Shown here: positions 10,535 through 19,748 of the stretch, piece by piece | How the letters are laid out: each line of letters opens with the position of its first letter | Position numbering within the stretch: position 1 is the stretch's first letter | IMG/VR virus record: IMGVR_UViG_3300039065_000016 | Origin: a virus | DNA length: 64,000 bases | Reading direction: 5' to 3' (one strand) | Position numbers and translations under genes: made by a program | The notes under the pieces: model-generated | Databases searched by the model: none | The model's input: the letters and a program-made list of their open reading frames with translations, nothing else | Told to the model about the DNA's origin: nothing

Positions 10535-11082
10535 ATGCCTATCAGCGCCCCATCGGCTGAATATGCTGCGTTTTCGTGCAGACGAATATACTGATTGTAA
10601 GTTACAACCATGTCAAAACTTGGGTGGAATTCGAACTGATGATTGTCATTTTCGAATGCCTCGTTGGATATATGAGACACGCGAAGGATAAGGAAGTCCA
10701 GTTCCTTGACTCGCTGAATGGTGGACCGAGCCTGGAAATAAGCTCTCACGTAATTGGCGATATCGGCTGCCGTGACTACGTGATCCATCTCAGGATTCTG
10801 CCAATGAAGGGAACTTATCTGAAAAGTCGTCTCGACATGCTGTCGAGTAATTTCTACATATTTTCTGGCGACGTTGTCCAGATACCAATCGGTTGCCGGC
10901 CAGCCGCGAGGGATGTCAAATAGCTTCTGGAAGAAGATGGTAGGCTTGGTTGACGTGCCCTGTTGGGTCGGCTGGGCTTTCTGCACAACCTCAAAATCAG
11001 GAAACTGCAAAGTTTCTTTGGCTGACGTCATGGCGGAAGTAAGCTCGACCACCAATTTTTCTATCAGTTCGCCGTCGAACAT
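10531..11082 (-). CDS. hypothetical head-tail joining module protein
   Basis: 183-aa ORF with a 4-nt overlap with the downstream gene. Confidence 0.45.
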   Translation of the reverse strand: MFDGELIEKLVVELTSAMTSAKETLQFPDFEVVQKAQPTQQGTSTKPTIFFQKLFDIPRGWPATDWYLDNVARKYVEITRQHVETTFQISSLHWQNPEMDHVVTAADIANYVRAYFQARSTIQRVKELDFLILRVSHISNEAFENDNHQFEFHPSFDMVVTYNQYIRLHENAAYSADGALIGI

Positions 11083-11089
11083 AAGCCAC

Positions 11090-11488
11090 CTAGAAAGTCA
11101 GGGTTCCGTCTTCAGCTAGTTTGGCTGTACCGATATCCACGGCTAAGCAGACTCCCCAGCCGTCCTGATAAAACCAAGAGCCTTGAGACTCTAGTTGAAA
11201 AACTCTTCCGGTCCAGATGAACTGGTCGCCGGCCAAATCTCGATCCAAGTCAACCATCTCAAAGTTGGCAAAGATCATGACGTAATTTCGTTGAAACTCC
11301 AGATTGAACTGGACATACTGATCGCGACGAACCCTTTGGATGGAAGCGGCCAATTGGAATGGCTCGCCAAACACAGAAACGTACTGCGCCTGGCTATTCT
11401 TCGTCCTCTGCTCGAATTTGCGATACTGAACGAACTGCGTTCCTATGACGCTAAATGCCATACGCAGCAGATTCGCTCCAGGGATCAC
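11090..11488 (-). CDS. putative head-closure/adaptor protein
   Basis: 132-aa ORF in the connector region. Assigned by size and position only. Confidence 0.35.
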   Translation of the reverse strand: MIPGANLLRMAFSVIGTQFVQYRKFEQRTKNSQAQYVSVFGEPFQLAASIQRVRRDQYVQFNLEFQRNYVMIFANFEMVDLDRDLAGDQFIWTGRVFQLESQGSWFYQDGWGVCLAVDIGTAKLAEDGTLTF

Positions 11489-11952
11489 CAGAACGTCCCT
11501 CCAACCTTACGGAATCCTCGACGTTCTGGAAGGCCGCCGATGTAGAATCCGCCAACTGCCTTGACACTCAGGAGCGCCCACAGTTCCTGACCGTAAGGCG
11601 TCCCGGAAAGCCACCACTGCCAACCGTTCTTGGCAGGGGGCGCGAGCTTGGCAACGCTGACCTCGCCGACCGTAGCGCTAGTGATGAAACCGCCTTGAGT
11701 CCCGCCTGCTGTGACCCCGCCACCGGCCGCGCCCTGAACTTGCATCGTCGACAGCGAAAGGAGGTGGGCCGTCAGCAGATACAGACAGGCCTCCAAGGCT
11801 TTGCCATTGAGAATTCGGTATGGAGAATCCCGATCAGAAATGAATTCGCACGCAATGTCGAAGTACAGCTGCAGGCGCACATCCGGATAGGAAGCCGGAT
11901 CAGTAAACTCCGGAAACAGCGTTCGAAACTTTTGCTCGTCGAAAATTACCAT
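11485..11952 (-). CDS. DUF4054-like head-tail connector protein
   Basis: 155 aa. The N-terminus FDEQKFRTLFPEF...LQLYFDIACEFI...ACLYLLTAHLL matches my recollection of the DUF4054 family found near major capsid genes. Confidence 0.45.
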   Translation of the reverse strand: MVIFDEQKFRTLFPEFTDPASYPDVRLQLYFDIACEFISDRDSPYRILNGKALEACLYLLTAHLLSLSTMQVQGAAGGGVTAGGTQGGFITSATVGEVSVAKLAPPAKNGWQWWLSGTPYGQELWALLSVKAVGGFYIGGLPERRGFRKVGGTFW

Positions 11953-11966
11953 ACCGAAACCCTCGG

Positions 11967-12404
11967 TTAAACCCGGAACTCTTGTTCCTGGGAAGCGCTG
12001 GCAGTAGTCACTTTGATCTTCTGCTTCAGGCGAGTAGAATCCAGAGGTTGGAAGCCATCGCGCTCCATGGTGCGAGTCTCTTTCGCAATCCGCTGGTGGT
12101 CATTGGTGATGTCGGTTTTCACGACTCGCAGATATCCCTTCTCCATGTGTCGCATGAAGATTTTGTTGGACTGAAGCAGTTCGAAATCGGAATCGCTCAC
12201 CGCCGTGCAATCGCCCTGCGGCGTCCAGATCGGGCGCCCGGATGCGTCGGAAATCATGTCGCCGAAGCCGGAGGTTTCGGATGCGATACCAGCGCGGCCG
12301 CGAATCAGCACCTTTCTCTGGAGGCGAGGATTGGACGGATCAGAGGTGTCATACGCATTGTAAGACACGGATTGAGTCATTGCGGAAACGATGTAAACAG
12401 TCAT
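11967..12404 (-). CDS. hypothetical protein
   Basis: 145-aa ORF, the first gene after the post-capsid terminator hairpin. AGGA ribosome-binding site upstream. Confidence 0.5.
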   Translation of the reverse strand: MTVYIVSAMTQSVSYNAYDTSDPSNPRLQRKVLIRGRAGIASETSGFGDMISDASGRPIWTPQGDCTAVSDSDFELLQSNKIFMRHMEKGYLRVVKTDITNDHQRIAKETRTMERDGFQPLDSTRLKQKIKVTTASASQEQEFRV

Positions 12405-12465
12405 TGGCGTAGTCCTATTAATTATGCCCTAACCGGCCCCTACAACCGAGTCAGAGTCAGAGTGA

Positions 12466-12491
12466 ACAAAGGCCGGAAGCCCGGCCTTTGG
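12466..12491 (-). terminator. intrinsic terminator/attenuator after the major capsid gene
   Basis: On the minus strand: AAAGGCCGG, GCTT loop, CCGGCCTTT, followed by GTT. Confidence 0.55.
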
Positions 12492-12505
12492 TGAGTCAGC
12501 ATCGG

Positions 12506-13654
12506 TTAGATGCCGAGGTAGCGCACCACAGCCCAAGGGCGTTTGCAAAGAGCACCGGCGGTGCCGTTGGAGAAATCCTCCACATACGACTTCGCCCGCT
12601 TTTCGACGCCAAGGGTGATGAACTTGCTCTGAACCAGCTGGCTGAACACGCTGCCGCCATCGGTGCTGCCATCGACGGACGCGTCCACTTCTTCGACGAA
12701 GAGGACCAGGGCGTCTTCCGGCGTTTGGCCCTGCATCTGGACGCCGGACAGCTCCGGAGCCGACACGATCCGCATCTTCGGATAGGTCTGTTCGATCCAG
12801 TCAGAAACCGAAATGCCGTAAGGCGTGGTCACCGACAGGTAGTCCACTTTGCTGGTGGCCAGGGCCATGGTGATCTTCTCGGCCTTCGGGTCGATCTGGT
12901 CTTGGCTCTGGATGCGCAGCTGGCGGACGGCCTCACGGATATCGCCGATGATGCCTGCCCAGTCGGCAGTGGCCCAGCCCTGGCTCGGCGGAGTCTGGAA
13001 TGGCGGCAGGTTGGGGTCATTCAGGAAACCATAGGTGCGGTTGCCCAGGCCGCTCTGCCAGCCGTAAAAACCGATGGCGTTGCGGAAGATTTCCAGACCG
13101 ATGGCCGCCTGCTGACGCTTGGCCTCTGCGCTGTTCAGGCGAATGGCCGAAGCGCGGCCCTCTTCCAGAGTACCCACGAGCAGACCCAGCTCACCACGAA
13201 CGATGGTGCGGCGCTCGAAGTTGGCGTTCCAGCTGGTCAGCGGGATGTTGGTGTGGTCACCGTATTCCACCGCAGTGCCGGCCGGCTCAACGATACCCTG
13301 AACGATTTCCTGGTCTTCCCAGGAGCCAACGGTGTCGATGCCGATGATCTCATCGATTTTCCGCGCGGCGGTCATGACCTTCACGAACCCAGGCAACCAG
13401 GTCTGAAGGAACTGGATGGGGGTCGGGATGGACGGCGTGGTCACCGGGGCGGTGAAGTTGCTGTCCATGGCCGAGCCGGAACGGAATGCGCCGGCCTTCG
13501 CCAAGGCCTTGATCTGGTCCTGGACGACGGCGTGATCGAATACCAGGCCGATGCGACTCAGGGCGGCCACGGCTTCGTGGGTGACGTTCTTCAGGTCGAA
13601 TGGTTTTGCGTGACGGCCTGCGAGGCGCGAATGGGTCTTACTGATATGGCTCAT
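12506..13654 (-). CDS. major capsid protein
   Basis: 382-aa ORF following the scaffold and decoration-like genes and followed by a strong hairpin terminator. Composition and order fit the DUF2184-type capsid cassette. Confidence 0.8.
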   Translation of the reverse strand: MSHISKTHSRLAGRHAKPFDLKNVTHEAVAALSRIGLVFDHAVVQDQIKALAKAGAFRSGSAMDSNFTAPVTTPSIPTPIQFLQTWLPGFVKVMTAARKIDEIIGIDTVGSWEDQEIVQGIVEPAGTAVEYGDHTNIPLTSWNANFERRTIVRGELGLLVGTLEEGRASAIRLNSAEAKRQQAAIGLEIFRNAIGFYGWQSGLGNRTYGFLNDPNLPPFQTPPSQGWATADWAGIIGDIREAVRQLRIQSQDQIDPKAEKITMALATSKVDYLSVTTPYGISVSDWIEQTYPKMRIVSAPELSGVQMQGQTPEDALVLFVEEVDASVDGSTDGGSVFSQLVQSKFITLGVEKRAKSYVEDFSNGTAGALCKRPWAVVRYLGI

Positions 13655-13663
13655 GACGCCTCC

Positions 13664-14299
13664 TTACTGCGTGAGCTGGACGATGGTAACGCCAGCTACC
13701 AGATTTCCCGCCGACTGGGCAGGCAGGCTGATGGCATTGACGATACGCGCGTTGGGGATTTGAACCAGGCCGGTTGGCATGGCGCCGGCCTTGAAACCGA
13801 CCAGGGCGCCGGCCGGCAGGCCCAGGGCGTTGTCGGCGGTAGGCAGGTTGTTCGGTACATATGCCACCGGATCGCCGTAGCTCAAATCCAGAGCGGCTTC
13901 TGCGCCGTTGAAGATTTCGACGACCAGGCCGGTGGCCATGTCGAAGAACTCGCCTTCGGAACCGTCGGGCAGGTCATAACTGGGAGCCAGGGAATCGCCG
14001 GCCGACCCGTACAGAGCATAATGCTTCGGGTGACCGAGGATGCCGAAGAAGGTCGCGCCGCCGACCACGACTTCAGAAGCGCGCGCGGCAACGGTCTTCG
14101 GCTGGCCTTCACCGAGGGAGCCGACATCACCTGCGTAACCAAACGCGCGACTGATGCGGTTGGGGCCGGTGGCAGTCGCGGCCGGAGTGACCGATGCCAA
14201 CGCCATGATCCGACCCGGCCGCGCACGCTTCGGGCCGTCCTCGATCAGATCACCAGGAAAACCAGGAGTGTACTGGCGATAGACTTGTTTCTGGAACAT
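13664..14299 (-). CDS. putative head decoration/cement protein
   Basis: 211-aa G/A-rich ORF between the scaffold and capsid genes. Assigned by position only. Confidence 0.35.
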   Translation of the reverse strand: MFQKQVYRQYTPGFPGDLIEDGPKRARPGRIMALASVTPAATATGPNRISRAFGYAGDVGSLGEGQPKTVAARASEVVVGGATFFGILGHPKHYALYGSAGDSLAPSYDLPDGSEGEFFDMATGLVVEIFNGAEAALDLSYGDPVAYVPNNLPTADNALGLPAGALVGFKAGAMPTGLVQIPNARIVNAISLPAQSAGNLVAGVTIVQLTQ

Positions 14300-14302
14300 G
14301 GG

Positions 14303-15739
14303 TTACTCCCCCTTCAGGTAACTGTCCAGCTCGGCGCACTGCGGAGCAGAACTGGCCGAATCCTGGGCTTTCGATTGACGGCTGGCCGCGCCACGAGCAG
14401 CTTCGACGCCTTTCAGGTACATGTCGAGCGCCAGAACTTCCTGGCCCTTCTCACAGCTGATCGCCAGCTTCTTCACGCCGTAAACAGCGACTTCAGCCGA
14501 GTCCATAGCTCGGTGGTCGAACGCACCAACCACGGAACTAAGACGCTTGTAGAGGCGATCTTTAGCAGCAATGTCGCGATAGAGACCACGAATTGCAGCA
14601 TCTTGCGCGTTCTTTTGTGCCATTTCAGGAAGTTCCTCGCTGTTATCCTTGCCCTCACCACCATCGTCGCTGGCGGTTTGCGCGCCGCAGAGGATGCTCT
14701 GTTCTTCCAAGCCCTCGACGACATCTTGACCTTCGCCATGTTCTTCGTCCGCCTCTTCGGCTACCGTGCCTTCCAGTCGAGCCAGAATGGCCTTGACCTG
14801 GGAGATCAGTTCGGCGACTTCGCCTTCACCGGACATTTCGGATGCGGCACCTTCTTGCTGTTCCGGCTCGACGGCGACCACGGCCGGATCGACAACGGAC
14901 GGCGCTTCTTCGTGCTCTTCGTCGTCTTCCTGAGCGCCTTCCAGAGTCGGATGCTCGGTCATGTGCTCGCTGTCGGTCGGTTCGGCCGGAGCGGTTGCGC
15001 CTTCCTGATGCTCCGGCTCCTGCGCCTCTTCGCCCAGGAACTTCTGGACAGATGCAGAGAGCTTCGGCCACAGGGCGCGCAACTCTTCGACCGCCGAATC
15101 AGCAGCTTGTCCTGCGCGCTGGACAGGAGTCTTCTGCTTGGCTTTCTTGAGACCCATTTCATTACCCTCATCGGATGGTCTGAAATCAAAACTGAGATGG
15201 TCAAAGCACAGACCATCCAATACTCTGGCCCCCGGCACACGACCCTCTTTTACCAGGGCGATGTGGTTGCCGCGCATCTTGTCCTGGACGACTTCATAAG
15301 GCGTTCCATTCCAGATGCCGGGTTGCTCAGTGTAGCGGCAACTATAGCCTAGGGACAGATCTTCCTTGCCCCTTTCCAGCTGATTCTGCATGTTGCGGGA
15401 ATAGATGCGGATATCGCCGCGAGCCCATGGAGCTTCGTAGTAGGCGTTGGCTGTGATGATGCCTTCCACGCCTTTGTCTTCGGGAGCCACGCCATCGTCA
15501 TCGCCGTCGAATCCCGACAGCATTTCGTGCTCGTCGATCAGCGGGAGATTCTTCAGAGATTCGATGTACTCAGGATCGCTAACGGCAGACTCCGGACGAT
15601 ACACGTTGACAATCCGCATCGGATCGCCCGGAAGACCGAGTTGACCGGCAGAATATTGGAAAATGCCATAAGAGCTGATTGGACAGCCCTCGATGGTCAT
15701 ATATCCATTTTCGTCAATTTTTCTTTTCGACTTTGCCAT
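14303..15739 (-). CDS. scaffolding (DUF2213-like) protein
   Basis: 478 aa. N-terminus KRKIDENGYMTIEGCPISSYGIFQY, a long acidic middle and a helical C-terminus. Lies directly upstream of the capsid cassette. Confidence 0.6.
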   Translation of the reverse strand: MAKSKRKIDENGYMTIEGCPISSYGIFQYSAGQLGLPGDPMRIVNVYRPESAVSDPEYIESLKNLPLIDEHEMLSGFDGDDDGVAPEDKGVEGIITANAYYEAPWARGDIRIYSRNMQNQLERGKEDLSLGYSCRYTEQPGIWNGTPYEVVQDKMRGNHIALVKEGRVPGARVLDGLCFDHLSFDFRPSDEGNEMGLKKAKQKTPVQRAGQAADSAVEELRALWPKLSASVQKFLGEEAQEPEHQEGATAPAEPTDSEHMTEHPTLEGAQEDDEEHEEAPSVVDPAVVAVEPEQQEGAASEMSGEGEVAELISQVKAILARLEGTVAEEADEEHGEGQDVVEGLEEQSILCGAQTASDDGGEGKDNSEELPEMAQKNAQDAAIRGLYRDIAAKDRLYKRLSSVVGAFDHRAMDSAEVAVYGVKKLAISCEKGQEVLALDMYLKGVEAARGAASRQSKAQDSASSAPQCAELDSYLKGE

Positions 15740-15771
15740 CGTTAATTCGAAGAGTCGTGGACTATGGCTGT

Positions 15772-15800
15772 ATTATATACGCAGGACATCTAAGGGTAAA
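15772..15800 (-). promoter_or_regulatory. sigma70-type promoter for the scaffold/capsid operon
   Basis: On the minus strand: TTTACC (15800-15795), N17, TATAAT (15777-15772), about 33 nt upstream of the scaffold ATG. Confidence 0.55.
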
Positions 15801-15854
15801 TAAGCGGAACAATAATTCGATGTAGCCGCGACTGTTAATTTACACTAGAATCTG

Positions 15855-16250
15855 TATTGTGACCTAATTACCGGACTTCCTCAGCCGCGAAAACTGGTAA
15901 ATTGGTTTCGGAAATTTGACGGGATTTGTCTAGGCCTACTGCCGCAAGACTTTCAATCTTTAAACTAATCCAAATTACCAATTTACCGATTAAAAATTGA
16001 ATTTCAATGCGTATAGAGCATATCGATTAACGTTATATTATAACGTTACTTATAGATGAATTCTATTAGAACGTTATTCCTAATTTCCCATGCTATATAC
16101 TTTTGCGGCATGCGGCGAAATCGGAAATTAGGAATTTAGCCTGTTAAAGCCTTGCGGCAGTAGGATTTCCAAATTACCGCTATTTCCCAGAAACGGTAAT
16201 TTGCGGCTATCCGGACCAGAATTTTTAGTCAGAATCCGGATTCTCGCGGC
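15855..16250. repeat. non-coding module copy R1 (inverted-repeat-flanked AT-rich core with AAWTTACC repeats)
   Basis: Perfect 14-bp inverted repeat at 15935-15948 / 16151-16164. Eight blocks collinear with 35445-35860. No credible ORF. Confidence 0.75.
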
Positions 16251-16251
16251 A

Positions 16252-16392
16252 TCATCCGCCGAAAGCAATCAGGATTGAGACGCCGATGATGGCCAGATCA
16301 ACTGCGGCAAACTTCAGGCTGAAGAATCCGCCGTTAATATTGGCCTTGATCACATCGGTCGCGAGTCGGCGTATGCATGTCTTTCGGTTCAT
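16252..16392 (-). CDS. small membrane protein (46 aa; below the ORF-track cutoff)
   Basis: I read it as [46 protein letters not shown]. Its ATG forms an ATGA overlap with the stop of 16389-16595. C-terminal transmembrane helix. Confidence 0.35.
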   Translation of the reverse strand: MNRKTCIRRLATDVIKANINGGFFSLKFAAVDLAIIGVSILIAFGG

Positions 16393-16595
16393 TTCACGAG
16401 CCTCGACAGCGAGTCTACCAGGGCGCGAAGATCAGCGACGAGTTCATGCGAACAATCTTTCGCCTTCTTCTCTTTCTCGCTGCGCTGGACGGAATAGGCT
16501 ATGGCGACTGCCTGTTTCGGGTCTTTCCCTGCTTCAATCTCCCGCTTGATGTTTTCAGAACGGGCTTCATTGGAAGTTCCATGGACTAACGGCAT
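16389..16595 (-). CDS. small conserved head-module protein
   Basis: 68 aa with an AGGAG ribosome-binding site. [28 protein letters not shown] resembles a small family often seen next to Mu F-like genes. The competing + strand ORFs lack ribosome-binding sites. Confidence 0.55.
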   Translation of the reverse strand: MPLVHGTSNEARSENIKREIEAGKDPKQAVAIAYSVQRSEKEKKAKDCSHELVADLRALVDSLSRLVK

Positions 16596-16614
16596 ATCGC
16601 ACTCCTATCGATGA

Positions 16615-17451
16615 CTAAATGATCGGGATTTTTCTGCACCGGCAGTTAATCGCCCAACCTGGCGGTCCTTGGTCGGCCTTTGGACCTTCCCAAAGTCTAG
16701 GGTCATTCAGTTTGAATCTTTTCCCGTCCTTTTCCAGGTGGGTATGGCGAGGCGTCTTCCCTGCCGAAGAGTGCATCCATTCGAACTCTTCGACTCCATT
16801 CTCTGCCATTCTCTCATCACTCAACGAACTGTAAAGTTTACTGGTTTGATCTCTTGCGATGAGTTCGATTCGGTTTTCAGAAAACTTTCCGACTTCTCGA
16901 AGTGCATTTGTTATTCCAGAAGTTCCTTGTTCCTCTGGGTTTGGGGAAGTCAGAGACAACATTACAGATGTGTAAATTTTCTCGTGGACTTCCTCTTGAA
17001 TGTTGGTGATGAGGGTATGGTTGTAAGTAGTCGCGGCTTCCAGGGTGTTCCTGACGCTCTCATTGTATGAAGCTCGCGGCTGATCGACGCCGGCCACCGA
17101 CAGGCTGTGTAGAGTCGCAGCGGTCGCGGCTTCGTCGGCCCGATTGACGAACTCCGGGGCGATCTTGGCCGCGAAACCTTCAAAGATGCGATTCCATCGC
17201 TGCTGAAGGCTTCGCAGAGTCATCTTGAACAGGACGTTCACCGATTCGTCTTTCGCGAAAAACCGTTCTGCCGCAGGCTGGGATATGGCCTTCTCGATTT
17301 CACTTCGATAATCGGCGATCATGAGTCTGGCCATATCCTTCATTTGCTTTCGATACCAGGCTTCGATTCCAGCAGAAGGAATTATGGGCTTGCCTCTTCC
17401 GACTGGAAGAGGCCCCCGGCGTTCGCGTTTCTTGGAGGCTTTGAACGCCAT
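16615..17451 (-). CDS. Mu F-like / SPP1 gp7-like minor head morphogenesis protein
   Basis: C-terminal HTHLEKDGKRF...WAINCRCR motif. I set the start at the ATG at 17451, which makes an ATGA overlap with the portal stop. Confidence 0.75.
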   Translation of the reverse strand: MAFKASKKRERRGPLPVGRGKPIIPSAGIEAWYRKQMKDMARLMIADYRSEIEKAISQPAAERFFAKDESVNVLFKMTLRSLQQRWNRIFEGFAAKIAPEFVNRADEAATAATLHSLSVAGVDQPRASYNESVRNTLEAATTYNHTLITNIQEEVHEKIYTSVMLSLTSPNPEEQGTSGITNALREVGKFSENRIELIARDQTSKLYSSLSDERMAENGVEEFEWMHSSAGKTPRHTHLEKDGKRFKLNDPRLWEGPKADQGPPGWAINCRCRKIPII

Positions 17452-19748
17452 CACTTGCCTCCAAATGGCTTCGTCGTGTCGCCATTTGCCAGCCAACGAC
17501 GGAAGGCGGGCAGATCAACTTCATGGATGGAGCCGAGTCCATCCCAGCCCGGACGGAAGCAAGACAGATATCCAGACTTGGCGTCGTTAATGTTGTTGAA
17601 ACCGAGCATGCACTTGTGCTCGTCGAATTGCCCATCTTTGTTCACCTGGTTGACGACGAAGACCCGTTTCGAACCAAGGTTCGGGCCTACGAAGCAATCG
17701 ACCTCATCCCCATCAGCCCCCTTCGTACCTTTGATGAATCCATAGTGGTGCTTCATCTGGACTCGCCAGCTCCCGTCCTTCCCTTGCCGGATACTTCCGC
17801 GCGGATTTTCGATCAAGGTAGTAATTCCATTGACCTTGATCCTCTGGAGTTCAGAATGATCACGAGGGCCGACGATGCGGTTGGACGAAAACACCGAAGG
17901 CTCCATACCCGATACGCTCGGCTTTGACGTTCTCTTCAGACCTGGCGCGTCATCCTGCTCTATGTCCACGCCGTCCGGAGCCTGCGCGTCGTCCAGGGCT
18001 TCGAGTTTCGACAGTAGATCGGACAGCAGGTTCCGAAGCTCGGCCCTGGGGTTCGGCCGCGACGGCGGTGTAGCGGCCTCGCCGGCCCCTTCCTCGGCCG
18101 CTTTCGCGAGGGGCTTAGTACCGCGTGGAGCGGCCGGAACTGGGTCGCCTGCGCCTTCTACGGCGCCCGCTTGGGCTTCGGCTCGCTCGGCCTCGCCTTT
18201 CGCCTTCGCCGACTGTGCACCGGCCTTTTCGAGTTCGGCCAGGTTTTCCGGAGACATGCCCGGCTCGGTTTCGGCCTGATCGTCGGTGAGTCGATTATAG
18301 CCGGAGCGCGGATCATCACGCAGGCGCTCGCGGACTTCATCCGGAGACACGACGCCGGAATTGATATAAATTTCATCAGTAGCAGCCTTCTTGTTGTTCA
18401 GCTCGGCTTGTTGCTGGCTGGTTGTGGAATCCACAGGGTTCCAGACGATTTCCAGCTGTACATCGATTGCTTCCGATTTTGCCAGCAGCAAATAATGACG
18501 CTCAAGCAGCGGGTCGAATATATGCTCTTGAATCGATTCCAACTCTTCGTGATAAGAAATCGTCTCGTGCTCACCAGTCGCGTTGAATCCTTTGGGAGAA
18601 GTGCCGAGTAGCTTCGTCGCAGGAGTCTTGGCGATGGCCGCAACCAGCTGATATTGGTTCATGATGACGCTGTCGAAATCGGACAGGTTCGTATCGAACT
18701 GCTCCATGGTTTCATCAATACCAATAACTTTCACGCCATGGTTGTCTCGATTGGCGATCCAGAACGCCAGACGGGCGTTGAAGGCATCCTCATTCGCGAT
18801 GGCCTTTTCCACGTCAACGTGAATGGTGCTGGTTCGCTTCGACATCGCCAGCAACGGCGCTTCGTTCGCAGTTCGCTCGGCAGCATACACGCGCTCGTAA
18901 ATGCGCTGGGTGAGCGGGATGCCTCCGAAAATGTATGTCGGCTTCAGGATATCTGGCGGCTGCGGCCCACGAACGACCACCAGATGGCTGCGATGATACT
19001 TCTTCCCGCTGATGATCCAAAAATCGGGCTCATAGAAGTGTTCGGCAGACGGGTCTGCCGTGGACTCTGCGGTCAGCTGAGGCATTGCCCAATATGGATC
19101 TATCTGGGAAATTCCCTTGTACGAGCCGGGCGCTATTCCGTCTGGGTTGAATGGCTTCTCATAGTAGTCCGGATCGTCAGACTCAACGACGAACAGAGCG
19201 ATTCGAACGCCGAAGACGTTTTTGAATCGGTTCAATTCGACGAGGTTGTCTTTGACGCGAAACTCCATGTCGCGCCGAGCGATCAGCGCGCTTTGTTCAT
19301 CAGACAGCTTCCGGCCATCCGATTTGAGTTCCCATCCGTTCCGCGCGGCGTCTTCGCCTGACATGGAGCAAGCTTTGTCGACCAACCAGTGTTGAGAAAT
19401 GATGGCGCAAGCTTGGTATCCGATGAATCCTTGGGAGTTATACCAGTCCTGCAGCATGGTCGGAACTACATAGGGATTCTGGCCGCCAGCGGCAGCTTTC
19501 GCGGCTGGGGTGGGTCCGTCACCATACGCACTGTCCATTGCGACGGATAGGCCCGGCTCCAGGAAATCCTTCACGCTACGGATGACCGGGGCTTTCTCCG
19601 GCTCGACATTCCAGCCGCGAATCTTCCCCAGCTTAATCATAGGGTCGAGCGGATCGTGTTGAGGGATTCGTGCGACTTTCTCCGGCGCCGATTCAGAACA
19701 GGCAACATTATCCTTTTTGCGCCCGAATATCCAGGAAAGTTTAAACAT
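17451..19748 (-). CDS. portal protein with C-terminal inorganic-pyrophosphatase-like domain
   Basis: 765-aa first gene of the leftward morphogenesis operon, upstream of the Mu F-like gene. The last ~135 aa carry IENPRGS...YGFIKGTKGADGDEVDCFV...DEHK. Confidence 0.75.
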   Translation of the reverse strand: MFKLSWIFGRKKDNVACSESAPEKVARIPQHDPLDPMIKLGKIRGWNVEPEKAPVIRSVKDFLEPGLSVAMDSAYGDGPTPAAKAAAGGQNPYVVPTMLQDWYNSQGFIGYQACAIISQHWLVDKACSMSGEDAARNGWELKSDGRKLSDEQSALIARRDMEFRVKDNLVELNRFKNVFGVRIALFVVESDDPDYYEKPFNPDGIAPGSYKGISQIDPYWAMPQLTAESTADPSAEHFYEPDFWIISGKKYHRSHLVVVRGPQPPDILKPTYIFGGIPLTQRIYERVYAAERTANEAPLLAMSKRTSTIHVDVEKAIANEDAFNARLAFWIANRDNHGVKVIGIDETMEQFDTNLSDFDSVIMNQYQLVAAIAKTPATKLLGTSPKGFNATGEHETISYHEELESIQEHIFDPLLERHYLLLAKSEAIDVQLEIVWNPVDSTTSQQQAELNNKKAATDEIYINSGVVSPDEVRERLRDDPRSGYNRLTDDQAETEPGMSPENLAELEKAGAQSAKAKGEAERAEAQAGAVEGAGDPVPAAPRGTKPLAKAAEEGAGEAATPPSRPNPRAELRNLLSDLLSKLEALDDAQAPDGVDIEQDDAPGLKRTSKPSVSGMEPSVFSSNRIVGPRDHSELQRIKVNGITTLIENPRGSIRQGKDGSWRVQMKHHYGFIKGTKGADGDEVDCFVGPNLGSKRVFVVNQVNKDGQFDEHKCMLGFNNINDAKSGYLSCFRPGWDGLGSIHEVDLPAFRRWLANGDTTKPFGGK

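Noticed and set aside
12488-15352. 954-aa ORF on the plus strand spanning the capsid, decoration-like and scaffold genes
   Set aside because: It is antisense to three well-supported minus-strand structural genes. Its translation is R/G/A/L/H-rich with no motif, ribosome-binding site or promoter. Long antisense ORFs are expected in GC-rich DNA because the reverse complements of stop codons (TTA, CTA, TCA) are rare codons.
16286-16589. Plus-strand ORFs of 87 and 70 aa overlapping 16389-16595
   Set aside because: The minus-strand 68-aa frame has an AGGAG ribosome-binding site, operon context and a recognisable small-protein motif. The plus frames have none of these.
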